Source: an uncultured virus (IMG/VR IMGVR_UViG_3300037245_001637)
Lineage: Duplodnaviria > Heunggongvirae > Uroviricota > Caudoviricetes
Virus record (IMG/VR): IMGVR_UViG_3300037245_001637
Direction: 5' to 3' (one strand)
Length of the DNA: 64,000 nt
This document shows, piece after piece, positions 1-9,321 of the stretch (positions are counted from its first letter, which is position 1; every line of letters starts with the position of its first letter). The translations under genes and the position numbers were made by a program. A model generated the notes under the pieces. That model had not been told where the DNA came from, did no database searches, and worked only from the letters and a program-made list of their open reading frames with translations.

Positions 1-37
1 TAAACATCTTCTTTGCTTCATCTCTACTTATCATTAT

Positions 38-2175
38 TTAATCCTCTATAAATGATAATGTAATAAACCAACCATTCTCTTCTGCTGTTACAAAAGGAAT
101 ATGAACGAACTTACAACATCTCCCCCACCACAATTCATGTTCCTTGTAATCTATTCCTTTTCCCAAGAAGTATCTATATGATTGTCTCCCAGATTCATAA
201 GCTTCTTCAGCTTCTACTAATATTTCTTCTGGTATTTCATAATTTCTATTTAAATTCTTTGCTCTATTTACTTTTAACTCTTCTAATGTTTTCATTTTAA
301 CTCCTTCTAAACCTTCATTCTATCATAATATTTACAATGTACTCCTGAGTCTCCACTATGCCTTCTACAATCAAAGTGTTCACATAATGAATAATCTCTA
401 TTCTTAAACTTCAAAAAGTTCCAACAATTACCACATTTCTTAGTCCCTTTTCTCATACTCTCATAAACTCCACATTCTTTTCCTCAACCATTAACATATT
501 TCCGTTGGAAGGGAAGGGTATCTTGAGCTTAATAGGGAAAGCAGTTGTGAATAAGTTAACAGTATACTCAATTCTGTTACTATAATAATCTTTGAACTTT
601 ACAATTGTTCCTAGCCTCGCTCCCTTATCAGAAGCTTTCTCTAGCATTGTATTAGGCATCATCACTATCCTTATCATATTTATTAAATAATTGAGTAGCT
701 ACCTGTCTTACTCCTAGCACTCCATCTATGTAAACATTATATTCTATATTCGATATAAATGAGCCTTCAAACTCTCCAGCAGGTGTAGAGAATATAACAT
801 CTTCATTATTAAACCTTATTGCTGATACACTGGAATTTCTTTTAGTTACCATTATCTTTCCACAATCATTTGGATCTATGTGTACTATATTTTCATTCAT
901 TTCCTATCCCTTTATTCCATTCGTCTCTTGCTAATGAGTTCTTATTGAAGAAACCTGTATCTCTACCACATACACAGTAAAATCGTACAAGACTATCTTT
1001 TCTTTCCCAACCAAATTGCTTTACTCCACAGATGCATAATTTCATAGTTCTCTTTAATGAGATAGAGGGTTTGTTTACATAACTTCTTTTCTTTTTAGGA
1101 AACATTTCTGGATGTAATGCTTTCAATACTCTTTTGTATTCTCTACTAATTGATTTATCCTCATAGTGTAAACCATCTCCCATCATATCTCCTAATTTAA
1201 TCAATTGTCTGCTTAAGTGATCTCTTGTTTCATCAGTCATCATTTTCCCCACACTCCTTACAGGCATCCCAAAGTAAATCTAAAGGATATTTCTCCCATA
1301 GTTCTTCATTAGTCATATTATGGAAATGTTTTAATTCATCAAATTCTTCCTTAGATATACCAAATACATCTCCTTGATCTAAATATAAGCAATAAGGGAT
1401 AGAAACTGATATGACTTCATCTTTATCATTCACTCTACGTGGGACTTTTTGATCGTGAGTGATCTGTTTCCATACCCAATAAGGACATCTAATATTTCCA
1501 TCGTAACAATAACTTCCATAAGGTATAACTGTTGTGTCTTGATTTGTCATTTAATTCTCCAATTCTACTTTATCTAAATTATCTGGGAATCTACCTTCTA
1601 GGGATAAATAGCTATCATAGTAATCATCTGTGCATTCTTTAAATTCTACTTCTGTTAAGACAAAGTTATAATAAACACTTTGTCCTATAAAATATTCTAA
1701 TCTTTCTGTTCCTTCATTTAATGAGTGTCCTTGTTGTACACATATTCCATTGATAAATAATCCTTCCCAATCATCTGCTTTAACTACTATTGCTTTATTC
1801 ATCTAATTCTCCTTCCATCAATTTATCCCACACTTTAAAATCTATATCTAAATAATCATCCTCTAGTTTAGCCTCATGTCCATAGATGTCAGAGAAATAT
1901 CTTACAACTCTATCTTTGATACAAACCATCATGCTTATTTCTTTGTATGCTTTCTTAAATCCTTCTTCTGTGTGTTCGTATTTTCTTTGAAATGGTACAC
2001 ATCCCCAACGATCAAAAGAATCAACAAAGTCTACTCTTAAACTAAACTCTGTCATATCTTCATTTATATAAAGATATATAAGTAGATTATCAGATTTAAA
2101 CTCCTCTGTAGAATCTGCCCATCTTGGTTTCATTTCAAATAGTGTTAGTAAGTCTATTGTGTTTCTTATTTTCAT
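38..2175 (-). other. Run of small hypothetical phage CDSs (38-295, 453-677, 652-900, 893-1267, 1233-1550, 1551-1802, 1795-2175)
   Basis: Tightly packed, abutting or overlapping minus-strand ORFs, most with GGAG/AGGA-like RBS; no recognisable domain. Confidence 0.7.
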
Positions 2176-3135
2176 TTAATTCTCCTTTCCTAAATAATGT
2201 TCTACCAAAGCTTTTGCTGTTTTATGAGGTAATGCTCCTGGGTCTATATTTTTTTTAAAACACAGCACCGTACATTTTACACCATAACTCTCTAAATATG
2301 ATTTGATATTCATAGCTTTCTCTTGGGCAGCAGGTTCTGGGTCAAATATCACGAATACTTCATCAAAAAGTTTCCTAAGCTGTTGTACTTGTTCATCTTT
2401 ATAACTCGTTCCATAAAATGCCACAATGTTGAAATTACCTGATGCCTGCACCAAATTTAATACGTCTAATGGTCCTTCTACTGCTATGCCCTTTCTTCCT
2501 GTAACCCTGTCCTGATTAAAGAGGAGATTTTTGTGAAAATACAACTCATCTGATTTGTCACAACACATGTATTTATTCATAGCTGAGTCTAAATAACTCC
2601 TCCCAACGTAGGAAACTATTTTTCCTTTGTGTCTAATAGGGAAGAATACTCTATATCCTTTCTTGTAGTCATCAGGATAATTAATTGTTCCTGTAATACC
2701 ATACTCTTTAATAAGCCAATCTGGATCCAAGCCTCTGCCTTTTAAATAATTCCTGTGTACCTCATGGAGGGTATCTCCTGGAACTTCTACATCAGGGGTA
2801 TCATCTTTTATTTCTTCATGTTGAATTATACCTTCTGTGTATAACTCTCCATCTTGCTCTTCCATGACTTGTTTCCACATATTTTGTTCTATGCCTAATG
2901 TGGTTGCAATACCTTGTCTTTCTTTAGTATCAAATACAGGAAAGGCTCTTGCACAGTACCAACAATATCCGTGCGTCATTGAGCGACTAATTCCCATAGT
3001 GTAGTTATCATCATAAGAACAATCTCCACCTGAATCAGCACAGGAGACGTTAACAAAATTACGGCTAGTGTTCTTTCCTGTGGTAATAAAAGGAACAGAA
3101 TACTCTTCTAATAATTCCTCTAAGTCTTGGGCCAT
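2176..3135 (-). CDS. DNA primase (DnaG-like; Cys-rich N-terminus, Toprim domain)
   Basis: YLKGRGL; RVFFPI..KGKIVSYVGR; KY..; Toprim AVEGPLDV and FDPEPAAQ; terminal IDPG motif. Confidence 0.85.
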   Translation of the reverse strand: MAQDLEELLEEYSVPFITTGKNTSRNFVNVSCADSGGDCSYDDNYTMGISRSMTHGYCWYCARAFPVFDTKERQGIATTLGIEQNMWKQVMEEQDGELYTEGIIQHEEIKDDTPDVEVPGDTLHEVHRNYLKGRGLDPDWLIKEYGITGTINYPDDYKKGYRVFFPIRHKGKIVSYVGRSYLDSAMNKYMCCDKSDELYFHKNLLFNQDRVTGRKGIAVEGPLDVLNLVQASGNFNIVAFYGTSYKDEQVQQLRKLFDEVFVIFDPEPAAQEKAMNIKSYLESYGVKCTVLCFKKNIDPGALPHKTAKALVEHYLGKEN

Positions 3136-4038
3136 CTATTCTCCTATCTTCTTCCAAGGCAAAACATTACAAACAAAACCGCAAGCTCTATTATGTCCTC
3201 CACCTCCATATTCTTTAGCTAGATATACAACATCCATATTAACCGAATATAAACTAACCATAAATTGTTCTCCATCGTGTGTATACACAGCTACAAAAGG
3301 GTAGTCTTTAATCAAATCCCCAAATAAGGAAGATGATCTGTTAGTTGAATTACAAGCAATAATTTTGTACTCTTTAAAATTAGCTTCATATCCCCAAGAA
3401 TCAAATGCTGATTTGTTCAACGCTTTTGAATGTTCCTCACAGAGTTTTCCTTTCTCGATCTCTTTGGTTAACAAATCATCTTGGCCCATATTTAACCACC
3501 AATCACTATCTGGATCAGGACTACCTTCTAAAAGATAAGCTTCATGGAAATGTTTAGATTTATCTCCAAAAGCAAACTTCCAAACATCCCTATCACCTAA
3601 TAACCTTGTGAACATGGGACAATCATCTAGCATATCTTTTTCAAAAGGAATCATTTCCTCTTCAGTCGTCCCTCTATCTGTGTTCATTTTATGTATATAA
3701 GCATATGTTAATTCACATCCTGCTATACCATCATATCTTAACCCTTTTATATAGGTTGGGAAGTTATCATACTTGTCTATAGCTGATTTGTGATGATCTA
3801 TCCATGTAACATCTTTAGTTATTTTTAATAATTCTGTCATTACATCTGGTTCTATTGAGAAATCTACTATATAAATCTGCTCATCTTTCTTAATAGATTC
3901 TATTGGAAATACATCATTATAATTGATCGCTGTAAACTCATTATCTGAATTAATATTACTATCTTTTAATCCTACACTTAAATAAACCCAAAAAGCAGAG
4001 CAATGTCCATCGGCATCGTCATGGTAAAAACATCTCAT
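3136..4038 (-). CDS. DHH/DHHA1 phosphoesterase (oligoribonuclease NrnB-like)
   Basis: YHDDADG, IVDFS, WIDHH and GGGGHNRACG motifs. Confidence 0.9.
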   Translation of the reverse strand: MRCFYHDDADGHCSAFWVYLSVGLKDSNINSDNEFTAINYNDVFPIESIKKDEQIYIVDFSIEPDVMTELLKITKDVTWIDHHKSAIDKYDNFPTYIKGLRYDGIAGCELTYAYIHKMNTDRGTTEEEMIPFEKDMLDDCPMFTRLLGDRDVWKFAFGDKSKHFHEAYLLEGSPDPDSDWWLNMGQDDLLTKEIEKGKLCEEHSKALNKSAFDSWGYEANFKEYKIIACNSTNRSSSLFGDLIKDYPFVAVYTHDGEQFMVSLYSVNMDVVYLAKEYGGGGHNRACGFVCNVLPWKKIGE

Positions 4039-4599
4039 CTACACAACCTCTTCTTCAACATCAACTACTTCTAATGCTTTATCGTACTCAACTTGTAATT
4101 CATCTAGGATATCTAAAATAGATAAATCAGGATCAATTAAAGATAGTGCCTGAGCTAATGGTTTAACATCTGTTAAGAGTCTTCTTGCATCAGCTAATAC
4201 ACCACACTTATATTCAAGTCCCAAACGAGCAGAATCCAATCTACCTAATAAGTCAATCTGTTCAGCTATTTTAATCATTACCACTGAGATATCTGTTATT
4301 TGTGTCCATTCCTGATCCATAGAGAGGCTTTTCACTAGTTCTGATACTTGGATACCAAATCTATTTTTAACTTGATCTAAACGTACCTCAGTAAGCTTAA
4401 GTGTGTCTTTTAAAAGAGTTGCCATTAATTGTGTCTCTGTTAATCCCTGGTGTGCTCCAATCTCTGCACAACTAGCTAAGTGCAACATAAAATGCTTGTT
4501 CGATCCGATTGTTGTCTGCCCATCATGAGCCCTAGTAGCAAAGTCATGTACTTCTTTTAATCTATCTGTCATTACATCTCTTAATTTCATTCTTTTCAT
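4039..4599 (-). CDS. Degenerate RelA/SpoT-hydrolase (Mesh1)-like HD protein, probably inactive
   Basis: FATRAHDGQ..HFMLH..LLKDTLKLT..RFG..V..LV..LS..IKIAEQIDL; HD replaced by KD, ED and D/N motifs lost. Confidence 0.65.
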   Translation of the reverse strand: MKRMKLRDVMTDRLKEVHDFATRAHDGQTTIGSNKHFMLHLASCAEIGAHQGLTETQLMATLLKDTLKLTEVRLDQVKNRFGIQVSELVKSLSMDQEWTQITDISVVMIKIAEQIDLLGRLDSARLGLEYKCGVLADARRLLTDVKPLAQALSLIDPDLSILDILDELQVEYDKALEVVDVEEEVV

Positions 4600-4601
4600 A
4601 T

Positions 4602-5213
4602 TTATTTATTCTCTCCTGTTTCTAATACTTTAATGTATTTATTTATTCTTTTTATATTTTCTAGTAAAGGTTCTCGATAACCTTTTAAATCCTCTTTCGT
4701 TACTATGTATAATTCAGCACTCTTTTCTAATCCACAATGTGAAATAGTCTGAAATGCTTCTTCAACAGGAAATATCCCTGCTTTACTCTGAGTAACATAT
4801 CCTGAATGACTTTGATGCCAGAAACCACTATCTGTTCTGATCATACAAAAGTTATCTTTATGTTCTTCTATGAATTTCTTAAATCCTTCTTCTTGATATA
4901 ACTTTCTAATGCTATAGTTGTCTATTTTTCTTCTTGATATAGCATATACATATCGATCTTCTGTATAACTTCTTTCTAATTTTACATCTTTATAGTCTAC
5001 ATCATACTCTGATGAGAAATATAATTTAGCTTTATTACGAGCAGGCTTATCTTTACTGTGGGAGAACGATTCAGAATATCTCTGTCCTTCATCTGTTTTC
5101 CCACTGTAATAATATCCTTTATATGTGCAGATAACATCTTTATCTTTTATCATTTTTCTTAACACCTTTTCAGCATCATCAATACTTAGATAGGTTTGTT
5201 TATGGCTGGTCAT
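4602..5213 (-). CDS. Hypothetical phage protein
   Basis: 203-aa ORF on the coding strand. Confidence 0.7.
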   Translation of the reverse strand: MTSHKQTYLSIDDAEKVLRKMIKDKDVICTYKGYYYSGKTDEGQRYSESFSHSKDKPARNKAKLYFSSEYDVDYKDVKLERSYTEDRYVYAISRRKIDNYSIRKLYQEEGFKKFIEEHKDNFCMIRTDSGFWHQSHSGYVTQSKAGIFPVEEAFQTISHCGLEKSAELYIVTKEDLKGYREPLLENIKRINKYIKVLETGENK

Positions 5214-5261
5214 TTATATGTTCCTTTGCTTTTCATTGAGTTTCTCCTTAATTTCAATACT

Positions 5262-5291
5262 ATAATAACACTAAAGAGGACCCGTTGTCAA
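5262..5291 (-). promoter_or_regulatory. Sigma70-type promoter TTGACA-N18-TATTAT
   Basis: Minus strand reads ttgaca acgggtcctctttagtgt tattat. Confidence 0.6.
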
Positions 5292-5320
5292 GTCCTCTAA
5301 AGCATATTTTATACATTTTG

Positions 5321-6103
5321 TTATATTTTTACTTGAAATATCCATCCTTTATGCTGAGGTTCTTCCCCCCTCGTACAAGCCGTCACGTGTCCTGCATGTA
5401 AATTGTGTTTTCTTGCAAACTCTGCTTGGTTAGTAAATTCCTCTACGTACCCGTCAGATAATCTTGTGCCAATATAAGTTAATCCTGTCAGACAAGGAGT
5501 GTGTCGTCTATTACCCTTTTTAGTGTTTTCTTTATGGGTAATGAACACACATGTATCTTTGGAATATATTTTATTTCCTTTGATTTTTGTGTCCTTGTCT
5601 ATATCATATTCCCGCATAGTGCCATTTATCCAGTCAGTATATCCTTCAAGTTGCATTATATCTCCACAAAAATCCTGAAAACACCACCATCTTATATCTA
5701 TCTCACAGTCTTTGTAAGATGAGTTCTTTGTCTTTTGTAGTTCTTCATCATAACACCGGGAGAAAATATTATGCCACAATGTACCTATCTTTGTAGTTTT
5801 GCCTTTTAATGATACTCTATGTTCCCCTTCTCCCACAAAACCTCGTTGATACAAAAAGGGATAAAACCTATTAAGAACTAGCCCTCTTTTTATACGACTC
5901 ATAGTAGCTATTGTTTTATGCCCATCAGTAAATTGTACCACAAACTTTGAGTAATATTTAGAGTTGTTCTTACTAATAGAATACTCATCTACTTGAGATA
6001 GCACAGTTATTTCCCCACTTTTACTGGTATTCCACACAGAGCCATTAAAATAAACTCTGCTTGTATTTCTTACTCTAATGGGTGTATCTTCTGTATACAT
6101 CAT
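5321..6103 (-). CDS. Free-standing homing-type endonuclease (HNH-like core, C-terminal NUMOD1/IENR1-like helix-turn-helix)
   Basis: LWHNIFSRCY..SYKDC..RWWCFQDFC..YDIDKD..GNKIYSKDTCVF..N; C-terminal EEFTNQAEFARKHNL..KGW; paralog of 42179-42982. Confidence 0.7.
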   Translation of the reverse strand: MMYTEDTPIRVRNTSRVYFNGSVWNTSKSGEITVLSQVDEYSISKNNSKYYSKFVVQFTDGHKTIATMSRIKRGLVLNRFYPFLYQRGFVGEGEHRVSLKGKTTKIGTLWHNIFSRCYDEELQKTKNSSYKDCEIDIRWWCFQDFCGDIMQLEGYTDWINGTMREYDIDKDTKIKGNKIYSKDTCVFITHKENTKKGNRRHTPCLTGLTYIGTRLSDGYVEEFTNQAEFARKHNLHAGHVTACTRGEEPQHKGWIFQVKI

Positions 6104-6292
6104 TTGTGTTTTCCTTTATGGCACTCGTTATCGTAAGGCTCGGTACTGTTATCTTCCCAGCATCTTCTTAATAAATTATTGGGTATACCTACATTTATTT
6201 TCATAACCTCCTGTATATATTCTTCCCACAATCCAAGTTCTTTTTTTGTAAGCTCATTAAATTTTTTCATATCAAACTTCCTATATTTGTTT

Positions 6293-6928
6293 TTAACTTA
6301 ATTCATCACTTATTTTTATTGCTGCTTCTTTAGCTTGTTCTAATGTTTCTATCACAACACTTCCTCTTTCTCTATAAGGGATAACCTCTTCTATTCTTGA
6401 AGAATACTTTGATTTATTAAGTAATTTCTTATATTTTTTAAAATCTTTGTGGAATTCACTCATCTGCCAATCTGCATCAAATATGATATCTCCCACTTTA
6501 AAAGTTTGTCCCCCTCTATGAGAAAAACCATAATACCCAACAAGTTCTTCTTTTTTATAAACTCCTGCTAATCCATGTGCAACCATTTTCATGTTGCTCT
6601 TATAACACATAAATTGATCATCCAAGTTTACTATTGCTCCTGATTTATCCAAAAATATAGGTAATCCTTTGTTAGGATCAAACTCTATAATTTCACTTAC
6701 ATTGGAATCAAAATCGTACAGTCTAGTTTTTAGAGTTAAATCATTTTCCTTAGCTATCTTCTGTAGTAATTCTTTGTTGTAACCCTCTTTTTTAATTCTG
6801 GAAACTAACTTAGTGAATCTTAAATCTAAATGTACCTTATTTAGTTTATTCTTACCTGATTCATAATAAGGCATTTTATCAAATTTAAGATATACCTTTC
6901 CTTTGTAATATGTATTGTTTTTAATCAT
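6293..6928 (-). CDS. Hypothetical phage protein (YYGFSHR..FKVGD motif)
   Basis: 211-aa ORF; the motif resembles a recurrent large-phage family of unknown function. Confidence 0.6.
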   Translation of the reverse strand: MIKNNTYYKGKVYLKFDKMPYYESGKNKLNKVHLDLRFTKLVSRIKKEGYNKELLQKIAKENDLTLKTRLYDFDSNVSEIIEFDPNKGLPIFLDKSGAIVNLDDQFMCYKSNMKMVAHGLAGVYKKEELVGYYGFSHRGGQTFKVGDIIFDADWQMSEFHKDFKKYKKLLNKSKYSSRIEEVIPYRERGSVVIETLEQAKEAAIKISDELS

Positions 6929-7481
6929 TCACTTCTCCTTCAATAGTATCTGATTCTACTTCTTCATCTACAACTTCTGTGAATCTCGTAATGAGTTTTC
7001 CATTTCCAAAGTCGATTGCCTCTTGGAGGATAACAGCATACTCCCCTTCTTTCTCTTCTGAATCTCTTGTCAAAGGAGTATCTCCATCAGTATATTCGTC
7101 ATACTTCAATAAAATAACTTCGGAACGTTCTGCTAGGAAAACTCTTTTGATATGCTCTGTCCCCTCTTTAATAAAACTCTCAGATACTTGTACACCCTTT
7201 TTTACATGCTTCTTATCTAGAACTACAAACTCGGGATTAATAATAATACTCGGCTTGGCAACGTTCTCCATTGAAAAGATGACATTATACTCTATTCCCA
7301 TCTGTCTTGCGTGTAAGTAAGGGACAATTTTGTTCAAGGGATGTTTTTCTTGGTTTTGCATCCAGTTAATACACTCTACAATATCTTGTCCGTGGTTATC
7401 AAAAAATACCTTCATACTTTCTGCTGTCTCTTTTGGAAGAGGTTTTAACACCTCTCCCTCTTTAAATACTCTTAATTTCAT
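6921..7481 (-). CDS. Peptide deformylase-fold protein lacking metal ligands
   Basis: YLHARQMG for GLAAPQIG, IIINPE, SESF for EGCLS, AVILQEAIDFGNGKLI for QHEXDHLXG. Confidence 0.6.
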   Translation of the reverse strand: MKLRVFKEGEVLKPLPKETAESMKVFFDNHGQDIVECINWMQNQEKHPLNKIVPYLHARQMGIEYNVIFSMENVAKPSIIINPEFVVLDKKHVKKGVQVSESFIKEGTEHIKRVFLAERSEVILLKYDEYTDGDTPLTRDSEEKEGEYAVILQEAIDFGNGKLITRFTEVVDEEVESDTIEGEVND

Positions 7482-7922
7482 CTATTCTCCTTCCTCTTTA
7501 TCACAATATTCACATAAGAATGTCTCTGGATCTATTTCTTCACTACATTCTTTACATCTTAAATAATCAAACGGATTATACCCTGATGACTCTGAATCCA
7601 TAACAACAAAAGGATCATCTGAAACTAAAGTAATTTCTCCCTCTTCAATTGTTCCATAGATATCGCTATGTTTCCCCCGTATTTCGCCGAAGCTTACATG
7701 CTGTCCTTGAATATTCTCAACTTGTTCTTTGGTTGCTAGGAATGTTCCTTCAACTATACCTTGTCTTCTTACATCCCATTCAAAATTCCATAAACAGTAT
7801 TTATAGTCTTTAGCTCCATCTAATATTTCTTTAAATCTAGTTTCTAAATCTCTGTAGACTTCTCCATACTCTGTTTTTACAAGCTTAACTAAGGCTTCTA
7901 ACTCTTCTTTATTTAATTTCAT
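7482..7922 (-). CDS. Hypothetical protein with C-terminal CxxC..CxxC zinc ribbon
   Basis: CKEC..CEYC. Confidence 0.7.
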   Translation of the reverse strand: MKLNKEELEALVKLVKTEYGEVYRDLETRFKEILDGAKDYKYCLWNFEWDVRRQGIVEGTFLATKEQVENIQGQHVSFGEIRGKHSDIYGTIEEGEITLVSDDPFVVMDSESSGYNPFDYLRCKECSEEIDPETFLCEYCDKEEGE

Positions 7923-8477
7923 TTATTCTCCTAAAAACTTTTTAACATCATCTAATGTTTTGAACTTATCTCTGATAGTTTCTTTTAATTCTTCTACAGA
8001 TATACTTTGTGTATTTACAATGTACTGTAGTACTATTTTATCAGAAAGATGAGCTAAGTTACAAACAGGACAAAACACTCTTGGAGTTTCATCTAGTTCT
8101 TCCATAAACTCTTCAAAGTCTATATCTTCATAATGCTCTTTTGGTCTTGCATCAAAAACTTCTTTTATAGCTTTTGCGTGAACAATCTGCTCTTCATCAG
8201 TTAATGCCCTTCCGTACCTTCCCTGAAATCTATCCTTTTCTACTTTATTTTCAATATCATACCTATCATTATCATCTACTAATTGTTTCTTCTGATCAAA
8301 TGTTAAGTCCTCTAAATCTATACTAAACTCACTATCACATACAGTGTGTCCACATTCAAACTCAGTCATGTCAAAATCAGAGGCACAATTATCATATCCT
8401 ACTTCTACATCTCCACATACAACACAAATAAAACTCGAACTACTTGAATTCGAAACCCATCCTAATCTACTTTTCAT
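7923..8477 (-). CDS. SNSSSSSF-motif protein 3 (with Cys clusters)
   Basis: N-terminus MKSRLGWVSNSSSSSFIC; CVVC, ECGHTVC, CPVC. Confidence 0.85.
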   Translation of the reverse strand: MKSRLGWVSNSSSSSFICVVCGDVEVGYDNCASDFDMTEFECGHTVCDSEFSIDLEDLTFDQKKQLVDDNDRYDIENKVEKDRFQGRYGRALTDEEQIVHAKAIKEVFDARPKEHYEDIDFEEFMEELDETPRVFCPVCNLAHLSDKIVLQYIVNTQSISVEELKETIRDKFKTLDDVKKFLGE

Positions 8478-8479
8478 CT

Positions 8480-8860
8480 TTAATCTCCATCTTCTATTAT
8501 ATTTATATTTTGTAAACCTTTTAAACCATTATTATATAAGTATGTTCCAACAGGGTTGTCATAATCCTCACTGCTTCCAGATAACATATACACAACCTCT
8601 CCCTTATCTATAGCTTTTATAATTTTATTATACTGTTCTTTAACATATTCATCATCATCTAAAACCTCTTTAAGAGTGTGTCCTCCCCCTCCATGCTGAT
8701 CCATAATGTACTTATCAACTTCTTCTTTTGTCTTTAAAGTTTTGTCTATACACTTAGATAAGTCCATCTCAACCATCACCTTTAAGTTGGTGTCTTCCTG
8801 CGCAGATATAATAAAGGAAGAACTACTAGAATTCGACACCCACCCATTCCGTTTAACCAT
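8480..8860 (-). CDS. SNSSSSSF-motif protein 2 (start corrected to ATG at 8860)
   Basis: MVKRNGWVSNSSSSSFII; GGAG RBS upstream; start overlaps the end of the upstream gene. Confidence 0.85.
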   Translation of the reverse strand: MVKRNGWVSNSSSSSFIISAQEDTNLKVMVEMDLSKCIDKTLKTKEEVDKYIMDQHGGGGHTLKEVLDDDEYVKEQYNKIIKAIDKGEVVYMLSGSSEDYDNPVGTYLYNNGLKGLQNINIIEDGD

Positions 8861-9308
8861 TTCTAGATGCTCCATATTCATATCCTGAACTGTTGCTAAT
8901 AATTGCTTCATCAGACAAGACATCCATTAAGAATTGTTGATTTTCACTAAACCAGTCATAATCTACTTGATCATAATCCATATCATCCCCGTTCCAAAAG
9001 GAAGAGTCACCTTCATTATTTCCTACATTAACCAATAATACTTTTGCTGATGTATCCTCTACCATTAATGTAATATAGGGTTCATCGTTAACACAAGCAG
9101 TATTTACTACTACGCCATTATCATAATGTCCTGCATCCCATCCAGCAGAAGAAGATAATTCTTTTACTTCTTTAATTTCATATCCATACTCCGTACAGCC
9201 ATGTAATTTTAATTCTTTTCTTAATCTCTCTTCATCTTTAATAACCCCTATTCCAATAATAAAACTGGAACTTGAGCTATTCGATACGAACCCTGTTCTT
9301 CTTTTCAT
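8853..9308 (-). CDS. SNSSSSSF-motif protein 1
   Basis: MKRRTGFVSNSSSSSFII; GAAGGAG RBS. Confidence 0.85.
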   Translation of the reverse strand: MKRRTGFVSNSSSSSFIIGIGVIKDEERLRKELKLHGCTEYGYEIKEVKELSSSAGWDAGHYDNGVVVNTACVNDEPYITLMVEDTSAKVLLVNVGNNEGDSSFWNGDDMDYDQVDYDWFSENQQFLMDVLSDEAIISNSSGYEYGASRNG

Positions 9309-9321
9309 TTATATCTCCTTC

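Noticed and set aside
5210..5236. 8-codon ORF MKSKGTYK with a strong RBS, overlapping the next start
   Set aside because: Could be a coupling mini-ORF or a gene remnant; no evidence of a regulatory role
8861..8923. N-terminal extension of the track ORF 8480-8923
   Set aside because: It overlaps the upstream gene; motif position and RBS place the start at 8860
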